From Callorhinchus milii (lineage: Eukaryota), in assembly GCF_018977255.1 (NCBI RefSeq), contig NW_024704743.1, positions 107,634,001 through 107,698,000 on the forward strand: a DNA stretch of 64,000 bases. Reading direction: 5' to 3'. The position numbers and the translations under genes were made by a program. The notes under the pieces were generated by a model, which worked only from the letters and a program-made list of their open reading frames with translations, ran no database searches and was not told the DNA's origin. Shown here piece by piece: positions 52,411-64,000 of this stretch. Position 1 is the first letter of the stretch. The number at the start of each line of letters is the position of its first letter.

Positions 52411-55400
52411 CCATGGTTATAGGAATGCGTCCAGCAATTGACTATTGAACTCCTGTGGTTGAATAATTGATTTGATCCATTAATAAAATGGGTTCAGACA
52501 AAGTCGAGCATTATTGAGCTTGTGTTGGCTGATTGTGCTAGGCAACTGCTCTGATGCTATCCTCACTTTTGCAAGCAAGTTTTACTGGTACATTGAAGCC
52601 ATTGTCTCATCAGCAATGGTTGCAGTTGTTCACATGAAGGTTTTGAAAAACATTTACAAACAATAATGCAGGATTAGCAGAATTGGGCAACAGATCTGTT
52701 TAGAAGTACCAGGAATTCCTATTGCAGCTTTTCATATGGTAATCTTCATTTTCAGCTTTTTTTTAAATGTACACATTTCTATTTGAATACATTGTCTTAC
52801 TATGTAATAAAATATGAAGAAGAATTAACTGTTGGTAGATTTGAAACTAAAGCAGCAAGCTTCCTGGAGTAACTTGGTGGCGCTTCTACTTGTTCTATCA
52901 TGCTTTTGATATGGTTCATATGCAGATTAGCATTTGTGGCTCATTTTCAGTAAAATGTCTTAACTGTTTTCAGACCGAAGTTGATGGTTAAGACTTAATG
53001 ACATATTTGTTTTTGTGATCATAGTACTGCACTTGAAATGAAAAGTATCCTTCCTTGTTAATATGCATTTAAATTATAATGCGCCAAAGAAATTGCATTA
53101 ACAAAATGCAGAATGAATGCACATGGTTTTGTGAGTATTGTTATTGGCATGTCTTTTTTAAAAATAAACTCATTGGAAGCAATAACTAGCATTAACTATC
53201 TTTTATTTAACTAAGTATTTGAATTAAATTGCTGATTGCTTATGAGAGGGGGGAAAAGGGAACCAGGCTGGAGGAATTGTTTTATCCAATAACATAAAGA
53301 GGTCACCATTAATTCTGGGTTTTCCGAACTTTGCGATTGCTGATTTGGTGGCCCCAGTAACTCCTGTTAAAACCAGAAGGTGTTTTTTTTTAAAAAACTG
53401 GTAAAGGTAATACTGTATTTTTTTATTTTTCTAAAAGCTGTTCCTGCTGATGAGATTCCCCTTTAAATTGAATGAGTATTTGCCCTTAGATTTGAGTGTT
53501 TTCATAACGTGCTAATATTTGTGTTTTCAAAAAAAATTGATCAAACATTTGTCAGAGCACTTACTTGGTTTTAGTTTTTTCAGATGTTCCTCAACTACAA
53601 TAGTTCACTTCTGTGGAGCCGTGTATATGTATCCCTTTTGGGCAGTAGAGTGGAGCGATTGTGATGGAATGCGAAAAGGGATACCTTAGCAGCACAGTTG
53701 CTTAGAATTGAGGAAAGTGTTCTGTGGGAAGGTACTTGCAAATTTTACCTATGCTTACCCTTCCTTTAAATCTAATAGTTTACATATTGTTGCTTTCTGT
53801 GTTTGTTGAATTTATGCCTGGATTAGTAATTAAAGGTTCTTTATGAGATAGCTTGAAAAAAGGACCCTTGACTGATCAGAGGGATTGAAAAATTATGCAG
53901 TAAAATTTCTATGATCACACAGTGCATGTACACTCAATTATAACATGGTAATTTGGGTCCAAAAGATCAGATGGACAACTTCCAGCTTGTCCCAATTCCC
54001 ACTGATGTTGCTTCCTGAACAAAACCATGCACATGCAGACACAGGAAGTGATGTTAATGGTGCTTTGTGCACATGTACAGCATAGCATACATGCAAAATG
54101 TACAGGAAGTGTCATTAGTGTTGTAAGGTGGCTACATTTTAAGGGAAAATTGTTGGTCAGTGCTGGAGGCCGGGTGAACCAGGGCCTCTCTGTGTATGGC
54201 ATCTTGGGATGTTCCCCCAGTTTGTATTGTACAGTATTGTGTTGTATAATCTGAACTCTACAAATGCAAATGTAACCTTCAGATTTTCAAGCATTTCTCA
54301 CTATTTTAGAAATTTTGCGTACAACACACTGTCTTCATCGAGATTTGAAATGAGGGGTTAAATGGTGTAATATGAAGTGGTAGTTCCGAGCATTGTTTCA
54401 GGTAGGTGGTGAAGGTAATATTATAAATCATATGATGTATGGCTGTTGCTCAACAAATAGCTGTTGGAAATTAGGGTGGCTCATTCCTAGCAACTGTTCC
54501 AGCAATTTAGCCACGTAGCGCACTTAATTTGTCAGAAATGATAGTTAACATATACTGTATTTTAACTACTCTTGTGGCTAAACATATTTTCATTTGCAAC
54601 AATTTATTCAAACTGATTGTGGAATATGTAGATTTGCTTATTCATACTATAACCATTGTAAATCTCCAGAGTTAACATTTTCCACGATCTTCTCATTTTT
54701 TGTAGAAAACAACATTTAAAAATGGTTTGTGGGAAAGCTTCCTCATTGCTAAAAGAAAATTTTCAACCAATTTCCATATTTCACATTATTAATGTTTTAT
54801 GAAATAATAACGTTATGGAAACTAAAGTCCATCAGCTGACGTGATTTACTGGTCTAAAGGGATCTGTTCCCCACAAAGTAGAAACTGGAAAGTGATGCCA
54901 AAAATGTGTAATACTGAATTTAAAAAGTCAGTTTAACTTTCATTTTGACAAGCATGAGTTAAGCACAAAAACTAAACATTGAAAACAACTGCTGTGCAAT
55001 GGTGTATAGAAGTAGATTTGTGGCAGTAACTATAATTGCACAAGGCAGTTTTTGCTAGGCAGTAGTTGCTGTGAGACTTGTTCTAAATTAGAAATTTGAT
55101 TAAACTAATTGATAGTTTGCAGTATAGTTACTTTAATTGGCATAAGGATGCAGATTTTCTTTGACTGCAGCAACGTATAGACACTTAGGTTAGAGTGGTG
55201 AGGTTGCAGAATATTATGGACACAGCATTGTTGTATGTTGCCAGGTAGAAGCAGCTTGAGAGGAAGGTGACTCATCATTACCAGCAGGGACTACAGTAAC
55301 GTTAGCCACATGTTTTCAGGTCATGCCTTTCTTGACTGATGCAGCATACTGCATTGCTACTGAGAGATAGGATGACCAATAGTTTCAATGACTCAAAATA

Positions 55401-56387
55401 AGATTCCCTTTTATATCAGAAAGTGGAATTAAGGTGAAATTATCTTGTATTCTAACAGGTGGTTTTATAACTTTTTAGTGGTAATTTCCAGCTTTAAAAT
55501 ATAACTACAGTAGTAACGATTTAATTCCCATCTACTGGTGGTTTTGTAATGTGGGGTCCTCAGATGACTAAAAATATGGGATTTTTTTTTACCCCAAGAT
55601 TAAGCACTGAATATTTTTGACATTTATATAATGGAAATTTCAACAAATTACACTCTGTTGTGAAATTTCCACCATAAGCAGAAATGTAAATGTACAGAAT
55701 ATTAATAAATTACATATTTGTAAAAGCTTATCATATAAGTGGAAGAGAGAGAACCAGTTATTTGAAATGGTGCAATAACTAGTGAATTGTATAGATTACT
55801 CAATTCATAGTACATGTGTTCCTCAATTTACTGTTGAGTATTCTGATCATATTAGTGAAATGAAGTTTAAATTTTTGGGACATTCTTGTTGGGCTGAAAA
55901 TTACAGCTGGCTAAATTTAAGACACCTGGTACCTGGAATATGACATGTTAAGTTACAGGAAGGAACCCAAGGCACGGATGGCAATAAGGAAGTAACTGAG
56001 TAACTGAATAAATATGAGATCGAGCATGTGCATTTTCTAAGTCAGGACTTATTTTCTGTCTATAGATTATGGGAGAGGGTTCAAACAGGCCAGAATGTGG
56101 AAGCTTGCAAGATTTTTTGGAAAATATTCTCTTTTCCTCAACCTTCCCAGCAATAAAGCATCCATTTGACATTCGCCTCTTGAGAGGGTAACAAAGACCC
56201 ACCTCACAAGGTGGCGATGGCACAACATTTCCAGTAAAATCCAGAAGTGATGAAAGGAATATTTTATTATGCCATGTGAAAAGTTTTCTTGGCTCAGGTA
56301 GCTTTATGTTAGCTGGAAGGTATGTTGGAGATGTTTTGTCATACAGTGTGTTTTCATTTGATTGTAACTCAGCAGTTATATTAGTCT

Positions 56388-56667
56388 GGCTGGGTCTGGC
56401 CTCCTCCTTGTCCCCCGAGTCCTCCGCTCCACCCTCGGCGGCCATATCTTCAGCCACTACGCCCCGAGTCTCTGGAACTCCCTTACTTCCTTCGCCTCGC
56501 CCCCTCTTTTCCTATTTTCAGGTCTTGGCTGAAGACCTTTCTTTTCGACCGCACCTTTGGTCACCTTCCTCCTCCTCCCCCTGGCTTGGCCCTGGGATCC
56601 GTTACTGTGAAGCGCTCTGAGATGCCGTCCGGCGTGGAGGGCGCTATATAAATCCAAGTTGTTGTTG
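56388..56667 (+). mobile_element. L2 LINE 3' end
   Basis: Reverse-complement homologue of 33300-33580; tail GGAGGGCGCTATATAAATCCAAG(TTG)n. Confidence 0.88.
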
Positions 56668-58969
56668 TAGTGACTAATTGCTCAATGAGGACTTTTTAGG
56701 CAAAGGACATTGACTGGAGCATCCACAATAATTTCTCTCACGCCAAAGACTAAAGTGATGCATATAAACTTCATAGTAGGGGATATTTGTTTATATGGTA
56801 TGGATATATTTAAAGTGATCAATCACAATGTCATCTTCAGATATTGGTGTGTTATGTTTTTTTCCTGTTACTAAACTGGAAATAGAAAATACAAAATTAA
56901 TTTTAAGTATCACTGGTTGATAATTTCAGCATTTCATACTGTCCAGAGATAGTACAGTTAGCTAGCTATATTTCTACATAGATTATCATGAAACATGATA
57001 GCTAACGATAATTTGAAATATGATTTTAAGCAAAATTTGGTCTACATGTGAGGAGGGGCAAACTAGGGGCAGACTAGGTTATTCCTAAAGAGTTGTGTTT
57101 AATTTTCTGATCTACTGGACTGTCTCCTCCTTTGTGGATCCGAGTTCTTGGGGATGCAGTGGAGAGGCTTCCTCTGACAACACACACTCTGGGGTCCCTA
57201 AGCCTTGGCTATTGCCAAGTTGTGCTTAATACTTTCCGGAATTAGGTAAGCAGGATGCGTCCCTCCAGGGAGAGAGTGCGCATTCCGTGTTAAGTCACAA
57301 TCACAGAAAACTCCTGAAGCAGGTGTTCAATGTGATATGAGTCTAGTTCACAACTTGCCCGAGACCTTTCCCACTGCATGTGCATGTCCGTACAATCCAG
57401 TTGTGTTTAAAACATCACCAAACTTTGACCAGAATACAAACAGAGACAGTGCTGCCTGAAACAGCAACCAGGCAAGGTGAATGGAACATTTTTTTTTAAC
57501 AAAAAAGGACACTGGCTTAAGCACTTTTGTTCTAAGATATTAATACCGCTATGACTACTAGCTTCCTTCAAAGTGTAGGATAAAAGTAATGTGAAGCAGA
57601 TATTATCACTGACACTGTATTTCATGTTTTTTCTTACTATTTACTTAAGTTTTAAAAACAGAACACAAATGTAGTTTACAATGTGGAGGTGTAAATAGAA
57701 TATTTGCACCAGTCAGTATTTCTACGCATCAACATATTGCTGAAAGGGCATGATACACATGGAGACCCGAATCAGTCTTTGCTTAGCAGCCAATTGTGAT
57801 TGGCGTCTAGTTACCAAGGTAACACTATTGCCGAGTCTGCATTTTGTTTTGTAAAGGGTAAAAAAAAATTCTGAAATAAATAGCTGTTTGTATTAAACAA
57901 AGGAGATGGCAAAAATTTGGTCCCAGTTGAGTGCAATGTCATGATAAGACATTGGAGGTAAACCGACAGTAATCTAATATTGGTCATGAAAACCCCTTTT
58001 TGTTTTCTTTTCAGATATCATTACACCCACAAAGTTCATTTGTACTATAAATGTCATCATTTCATATCACTGAATAATGGCTTCTATAAACTTCCATAAC
58101 CTATTTTGAAATGAATTAGAGGGGAAAGACCTAGAACAGCTTTAACCTGTGGCTATTTTTAAAAAAATGGTAACTGAAAGTGTTCCATCTGTTTAATTAT
58201 GTCGTGGGATCACCAATGGTGACTTTAAATTTTGCCAAAAATCAGCATCAAACTTTTTAAAAGCATTTAACGTTTTTTTCTTGTCTCTTGGCATAAATCT
58301 GTGTGGCTTAGGGGCTCTAAATTCAGTAGTGACTCAGAGAGAGCAATCAAATAGTACTTTAGACCTGTGTTTTGGCAAGAGATCAGTATGTAGGCTTTTG
58401 TATTTTTGATTTAAACAAATTTGAGAGTTGAATAATGTTTCAGAACACCTTTGCAGTGATTTGATAAAAGAGAGCACCAAACACTGTTCTGCAGGTGTTG
58501 AAAATGTTGCTGGCTGATGGGGAGAAGCAGATGGCTTCAGTCAGTGGCACGGAGCCAGGGGAGCAGGTGCTGGTCATGTGACTGCTGGTTACCAGGGCAA
58601 TCTTATTGCTCTTGGCGTGCAGATGAAAGGAAAGGGGCCCAGTGTTCAGCTGTAGTATTGTATAATTTGTAGCAGTTAGAGCGGAAATAAATGCTGGAAA
58701 TGGAGTCTCATGGCAAGGAAAGCTGATGGCAGTGTTTAGTAAATACTAAAGTAATTGGTGTGGAAACAGTGCTGAAAATTAAATGAAATAGGTTTGGCTT
58801 TGTTAAAAGACTGGTCGCATACTCTTTCTTCGCTCTGCACTTGTTCAGCGATTTCATCGTAAAACTTGAGCACCAGGAGCTACATGAGGAAATTTTTTTA
58901 AAAAGTTTTGTAAATAAAGTTCAAACCGTATTTTCTGTGTGACTCGCAATTTATAACGCTCATTCCAAT

Positions 58970-59215
58970 TGTCTGCCAGTCTGTTCCTCAAGTCGATATT
59001 CAAGATCCCATGATGCTGTTTAATAATAGTATCCTTGCATTTAATATAGAACCCTATCACGTTGTTGAGACATCTCGAAGCACTTCACAGAATATATTGA
59101 AAAGTACATTGACTGTATTTTGTGGGTGAAATAAAAGAGAAGGGAGTTTCTCCTGGTGTCCTGGCCAACAGTCCTCTAGATTTATTGGTCATTCACCTCA
59201 TGGCTCCTTGCTGAT
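58970..59215. mobile_element. Deu-domain SINE fragment (+) interrupted by a SINE 3' tail (-, about 59021-59131)
   Basis: AAGATCCCATGATGCTGTT and TAAAAGAGAAGGGAGTTTCTCCTGGTGTCCTGGCC are adjacent in the 16062-16120 copy but separated here by a reversed tail. Confidence 0.7.
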
Positions 59216-60463
59216 GTGAAGGGCTGTCACATACCCCTACTGTACGTGTATCATTACACTCGATAAAAAATTGTCTGAGATTTTTAATGAGAAGTGCTGT
59301 AAAGACACCAGTTATTTATAGTACCCTTTGTTGGAGGCAGTTTGTTAATGCATTGTCCAATACGTAAAAGTTTAAATGGATATTTCCCAAATTTCAACAA
59401 TTGTGGTATGGTCCACTTTTGTGGCGTATTCAGCGTGGGTTTACCTTAACTTAGCCATTTTCAATATTTTACATACTTCAAGGTTTTAGGTTTTGCTGAG
59501 AGTAAAGTTTGTATGATCTTCAGGCTTCATCCCCTCTACACTTTGGAACATTCTTGTTGCCTTTTTTGGTTCTCCTCTAATGAAGATCACTAACAAGTAC
59601 CTCACCTAAATGGCTACTCTTAATACATGAGCCAAAATAGTAAGTGTTGAACCATTTAGTTATAGAGGATTGATAGACGAGCCTTTTCCTCTTCTCCAAA
59701 AGCCCAAGTATGCACTTCCTAGCAGGGGCTATTGGATTGTGACTTTTTATCGTTCCTTCCCCTCCCTAAAGGCCAATTGTAGCACTCCAGCTACTAACTG
59801 AGAAGAATTAACTCAGTCCAGATGGGGAAACTGAACCAGCGACCTTGTGATCTTTATGATTGTGGACTTGTATTCTATAGTTCTGGCTGTATATCCTACT
59901 AACTGTACCTGTTGCAGCTACGCTGACAACCAGAGGATCCGATATAGAATGTAGATTGACACACAGACAGACACACATTTATTTGTACTCATCAGGGAAG
60001 ACTCCTGTGGGAGGACTTGATGCTTTAAAAATGTAATCTTGTTATTATTGCCACAGTTTAGCTTCATCTGTGTTCTTTATTTTGTTTCCGCCGCTTGGCT
60101 ACGTGCGTGTTCTGAGACGCACGATGCTACTGCACCACTTTGACTAGGGGGCCACCAGGTATAAATGCAGCAAAAAGTGCAAAACTGAAAATAACTTATG
60201 AACGATAGGAGATACCGAAAACAAATATGCCCATGTCACTCCCAGATGCAAGACTTTTCCGATGAGGTATAAATCATGTCTCTATGTCAATCGGTTATTG
60301 AGATTCTTCTTGAAGCACAGACAGGCATTGTCGTTTTATTAGTATGAAGACAGAAGTAGATTATTAGTATAAAAGAAGGTAGAAGATAGATTATTCAAAT
60401 TGTTCACCACATGCAATAAAATTGATGTCTGGTTTTACACTGGTTTACTCTGTTCTAATTTGA

Positions 60464-60574
60464 TTTTTTTGTACCACATATTGTTTACCTGCATAATATT
60501 TTTTGTCAGTGGTAGATTATATTTACCACTGACAAAAAATATTATGCAGGTAAACAATATGTGGTACAAAAAAA
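60464..60574. repeat. Perfect inverted repeat, 51-bp arms with a 9-bp spacer
   Basis: 60464-60514 is the exact reverse complement of 60524-60574. Confidence 0.97.
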
Positions 60575-60594
60575 ATTATAAATTATATTTACCA

Positions 60595-61208
60595 CTGACT
60601 CAGGCCGCTGAAACTCTTGTTCATGCCTTCATCACCTCCAGGCTCAACTACGCAAATGCCCTGCTTGTCGGCCTTCCCAACTCCTCCCTCCACAGGCTGC
60701 AGATAATCCAGAACTCTGCAGCCCGTATCCTCTCCCGCACCAAACTCCGTGACGCCATCTCCCCCGCTCTCGCCCGATTCCACTGGCTTCCTATCCTTCA
60801 GAGGATCCAGTTCAAGATCCTGGTCCTCACATACAAAGCCCTCCATGGCCTCACACCACCTACCTCTGCGACCTCCTAACCCTTTACCAACTCGCCCGTT
60901 CCTTCCGCTCAGCCGGCTCCGGCCTGCTCCACGTCCCCCGATCCACCCGCCCCACCATTGGCGGGAGAGCCTTCAGCCACTCTGCTCCCGACCTCTGGAA
61001 TTCCAACCCCCATTCACCCCACCTCACCCCCTCCTTAGCCTCCTTCAAGTCCCGCCTCAAGACCCTCCTCTTCGACCATGCCATCGGCCACCCCCTTTCC
61101 CCTCCCCTCCCTCCCCCCAACCTCAACTTGGGTCTGAAATGCTGTACTATGTCCATCGCCTTGGGACGTCATCCTGACGTGAAAGACGCTATACAAATGT
61201 AATCTTGT
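60595..61208 (+). mobile_element. L2-clade LINE, 5'-truncated 3' fragment
   Basis: Translates LTQAAETLVHAFITSRLNYANALLVGLP...LQIIQNSAARIL...HWLPILQRIQFKILVLTYKALHG, the typical L2 ORF2 C-terminus, followed by the L2 tail. Confidence 0.93.
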
Positions 61209-62339
61209 ATATATCCTTTGTATTTATGGTTTCCCTGTTTTTGTGTCTGTAAATTTAACCAACTTAGTTATTTTATATTTAGGGTATTTAAGTACCTGAT
61301 AAGTACAGTAGTACATGAATAGGGCTTCTGATCTTCAGTTTTAACTGATAAACACCAATAAAACACCCCCAATACCCCCCCAAAAAAACTAAATCAGTGC
61401 TTATCCAATAAACACCAGAAATGGACATTCAACGTTGCTGAAGAGCAATATTTCTCTCTCACGGTCTTGGCGGTGCCCTGGTGTGCCAACTGTGCATGTG
61501 TTACTCTCAATTCCCACTTCTGCTTCTCCTCCTCCAATTGCACAGATGCATCTGGTGAAGCGTGTGCATGTGACAGGAAAGAAATGGTACAGATGCATGA
61601 GGGCACCTCTCTTCCCTCCGTGTGCGCAGTTGTATCTGCACACAGAAGGTAGAGAGGCACATGCACACAGCTTCACTCCTCTTGAATACAAGCGAATGTG
61701 CAGTGCCTCTCTCCTCTCACAAACACATTTATAAGTGAGAGAAAGGAGGCACTGAACATGCGCCTCTTTCCCCTCCATCTGCGCAGGCCCATCTGGTGAA
61801 GGGACCCCGAAAAAGTCTCATTACACTATATAAAAGCACAAGCCCCCCCCCCCCACCACTCGCCTCAAACTGGACATCAACATAGAACTCAAACTGCTAA
61901 ATAAACTTGGAAAAATGAAATTATCAAGCAGCGGAAAACCAGACGTCCAATATATGAGTATATTAAATATATGAATATGGGAGGGGCACATTCAGGTTAC
62001 TGGCATTCTGATTTATGGAGGTCCATTGTACTCTCAGTACAAATGTCATCAGTACTTAATTCTTCCAAGTTGATAGCTAGTGAACAGACATTTCCGCCTC
62101 CAAAGGCATTACACTGTGATGTACACAACTGCCTTGAGGTACTTGTTAATTTATATGCTTATTTTCCATCCTGAATATTTTAAAATATTTCGAATTTGTC
62201 ATCAACTGACCTGCCCATTTAGCCCATTTTTAAATAGGATTGAAAATGAAACCCAGAACAATAGTTTATGATGCACCAAGACAGTAGAAGCCATGGGTTT
62301 AGAGTTGCAAAGGGCAATTTCCGACAGATACCGGCCGGA

Positions 62340-62485
62340 AATTAATGACTGGAACAGTTTACTAGTAAGCGTGATTGAGGCCAAGGCACTGGACTCATTT
62401 AAAAAGCAACGTGATACTGCAATCGGAGGGTGGGTATTCTGGAGAGATGGGATCCAAATGGCTATCATCTAAACCAATCTTGTGG
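62340..62485 (+). mobile_element. CR1-like 3' end
   Basis: Reads INDWNSLLVSVIEAKALDSFKKQRD, resembling the CR1 ORF2 terminal WNSLP..VV.A.....FK..LD motif. Confidence 0.65.
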
Positions 62486-62794
62486 TTTTGTAAAATAATA
62501 ATCACAATTTATTTGTTGTTGCACAATACAATACAAAATTACATTTGTATAATGCCTTTCCCGTCGGGAGGAACTATAAGTCAAGTATGTTATTTCAATT
62601 GCTACTAGCTTTCATGTTTAGGTAGTGTACTTAAAAGCCGTCTTGCTTTAAACTCTTTAGTCAGTCTGTTTTTCTCACTTAGATTTATCTTTCTTCGACA
62701 TAGTTCAGTTTGCCTTGTATCCACTCAGTCCTAGTGTCCCCTTTTCCATATCTTGTGTAATTCAACTACAATTTCCTGCTAGATTGTCTGCTCC

Positions 62795-62975
62795 TGTACA
62801 TTCGGGACAAGTCTCAAGGCACTTCACAGGATTTACTGTAAATTGTAGTGACTGTATCCTGTAGGCGAATGTGGCAGGTAATTTATGCTCAGTAATATCT
62901 TACACATAGCCATGAAAGTCAATAACCAATATGATCTGGGGTGGTTAGTCAGGATACTGGGAGAAATTCCCTTTT
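62795..62975 (-). mobile_element. Old SINE fragment
   Basis: GCACTTCACAG...ACTGTAAA...GACTGTAT...GTGGCAG matches the other minus-strand copies. Confidence 0.6.
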
Positions 62976-63736
62976 TTCAGATTTACATCTTTTACAACAG
63001 AATTCTCCCGCTCTCTTGCTATTAAATCTATTACAATTGCCCACTAATAACTTTCATCATTCTTATATACTACCTAATTCTTCAAACTGAAAATGAATTT
63101 AGGAATGGATTGTTGGGACTTCAATACAAAGGGTTACTTAATGGGATTCATCTTCTATTCAAGGTGACTTCGAAATTAACTAAATGTAAATCTGCTCTAG
63201 TGAAAGAATTCCATCATAAATCCTCACTGTAGAACCTGGTTAAGTTTCCATTCACTCTTTATTTGGTTAGCCGAGTGTGTGACACATGCAGAAACCCATC
63301 ACCAAGTTTCAGAATATCCAAACCAAACAGAGTTTTATGCATCCCACCTATACATGGAAATTCCAGAAATGTTTATTGGAATGGAATACGCACCTCTTCT
63401 TGCTTACCTAATAATGGAAAGTATTAGACCCAGGTTGGCAAGAGCCTAGGCTTGGGGACCCCAGAGTCTGCGTTGGGATACTGCTGGAGTCTAACCAACT
63501 AATACCGCATAGCTTGCCATTGAAATTACAGTCTGTCAAGTTTTACTGCTGCTTGTCTAGCAAGGACCACCCTACCTGTCAGGGCTTTGGCTTGCAGGGT
63601 TAATAGGAGCTGAGTGGGAAGAGTCGTTAACTCCAGTGACTTGGATGCCCTTCCAAGTTTTGTTGATAAGCCGGGCTTGCAGGGCTGTCATCAGCCTTGG
63701 AGCCGTGCAGACCCACCTGGCTCAAGAACTGGACTA

Positions 63737-63930
63737 CAATAATCCTTGCATTTGATATAGCGCTTCTAGACCTCTCAAAGCGCTTCACAGAATATGCTGT
63801 AAAGTGAATTGACTATATTTGTGGGCTAAACGCGGCAGCCAATTGCGCATAGCAGTGTTCCACAAACAGTCGTGGATTGAGTGACCAAATTATTATTGTT
63901 TTTTTTTGGGGGGAAGGATTATTATTAGGC
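63737..63930 (-). mobile_element. 5'-truncated copy of the same SINE
   Basis: Tail and core match 19688-19900; the tRNA head is missing. Confidence 0.9.
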
Positions 63931-64000
63931 TATCAAGACCACAACAGGGGCACTAGTTTTCCAGTTGGGGTCACTGGATGTTGATCGAGAATTTAGGATC

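Noticed and set aside
57995..58015. Acceptor-like polypyrimidine tracts (also at about 50171)
   Set aside because: No CHD7-like translation or clear donor follows. The next CHD7 exon appears to lie beyond the window.
60400..60879. 159-aa ORF reading through the palindrome into L2 ORF2
   Set aside because: TTG start; the N-terminus is translated palindrome and the L2 part is truncated and frameshifted.
1..64000. CRISPR arrays, operons, defence systems, or intact transposase/RT genes
   Set aside because: None seen. The DNA is eukaryotic and mostly intronic, with no regularly spaced repeat-spacer array, and all RT-like pieces are decayed.

Overview
Vertebrate genomic DNA, not prokaryotic. The repeat content (tRNA-Ala-headed SINEs with L2 tails, Deu-domain SINEs, L2 and CR1 LINE remnants) suggests a cartilaginous fish, possibly a chimaera; this is inference. 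The window holds the 5' part of a + strand CHD7 chromatin remodeller gene: a CpG-island promoter with candidate non-coding first exon(s) at about 4.8-6.8 kb, the large first coding exon (23763-25602, ATG at 23950) and the next coding exon (47792-48147). No further CHD7 exon was found before the window ends. The rest is intronic or upstream DNA with many retroposon fragments; almost all other ORFs in the track are spurious or decayed LINE pieces. I found no new multi-gene system. Most notable observations: (1) the second coding exon carries a QEKANRIVAEAIAKAKARGEQNIP motif that I recall from CHD8/CHD9 but not from mammalian CHD7; (2) a perfect 51-bp inverted repeat plus an 18-bp re-copy at the 5' junction of a truncated L2, with similar templated junctions elsewhere; (3) a covarying two-stem hairpin shared by L2 and SINE tails; (4) a uORF in the 5'UTR; (5) a pre-miRNA-sized intronic hairpin; (6) RFX, NF-Y, E-box and octamer motif clusters. 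All comparisons to human sequences are from memory and need checking. Repeat boundaries are approximate.
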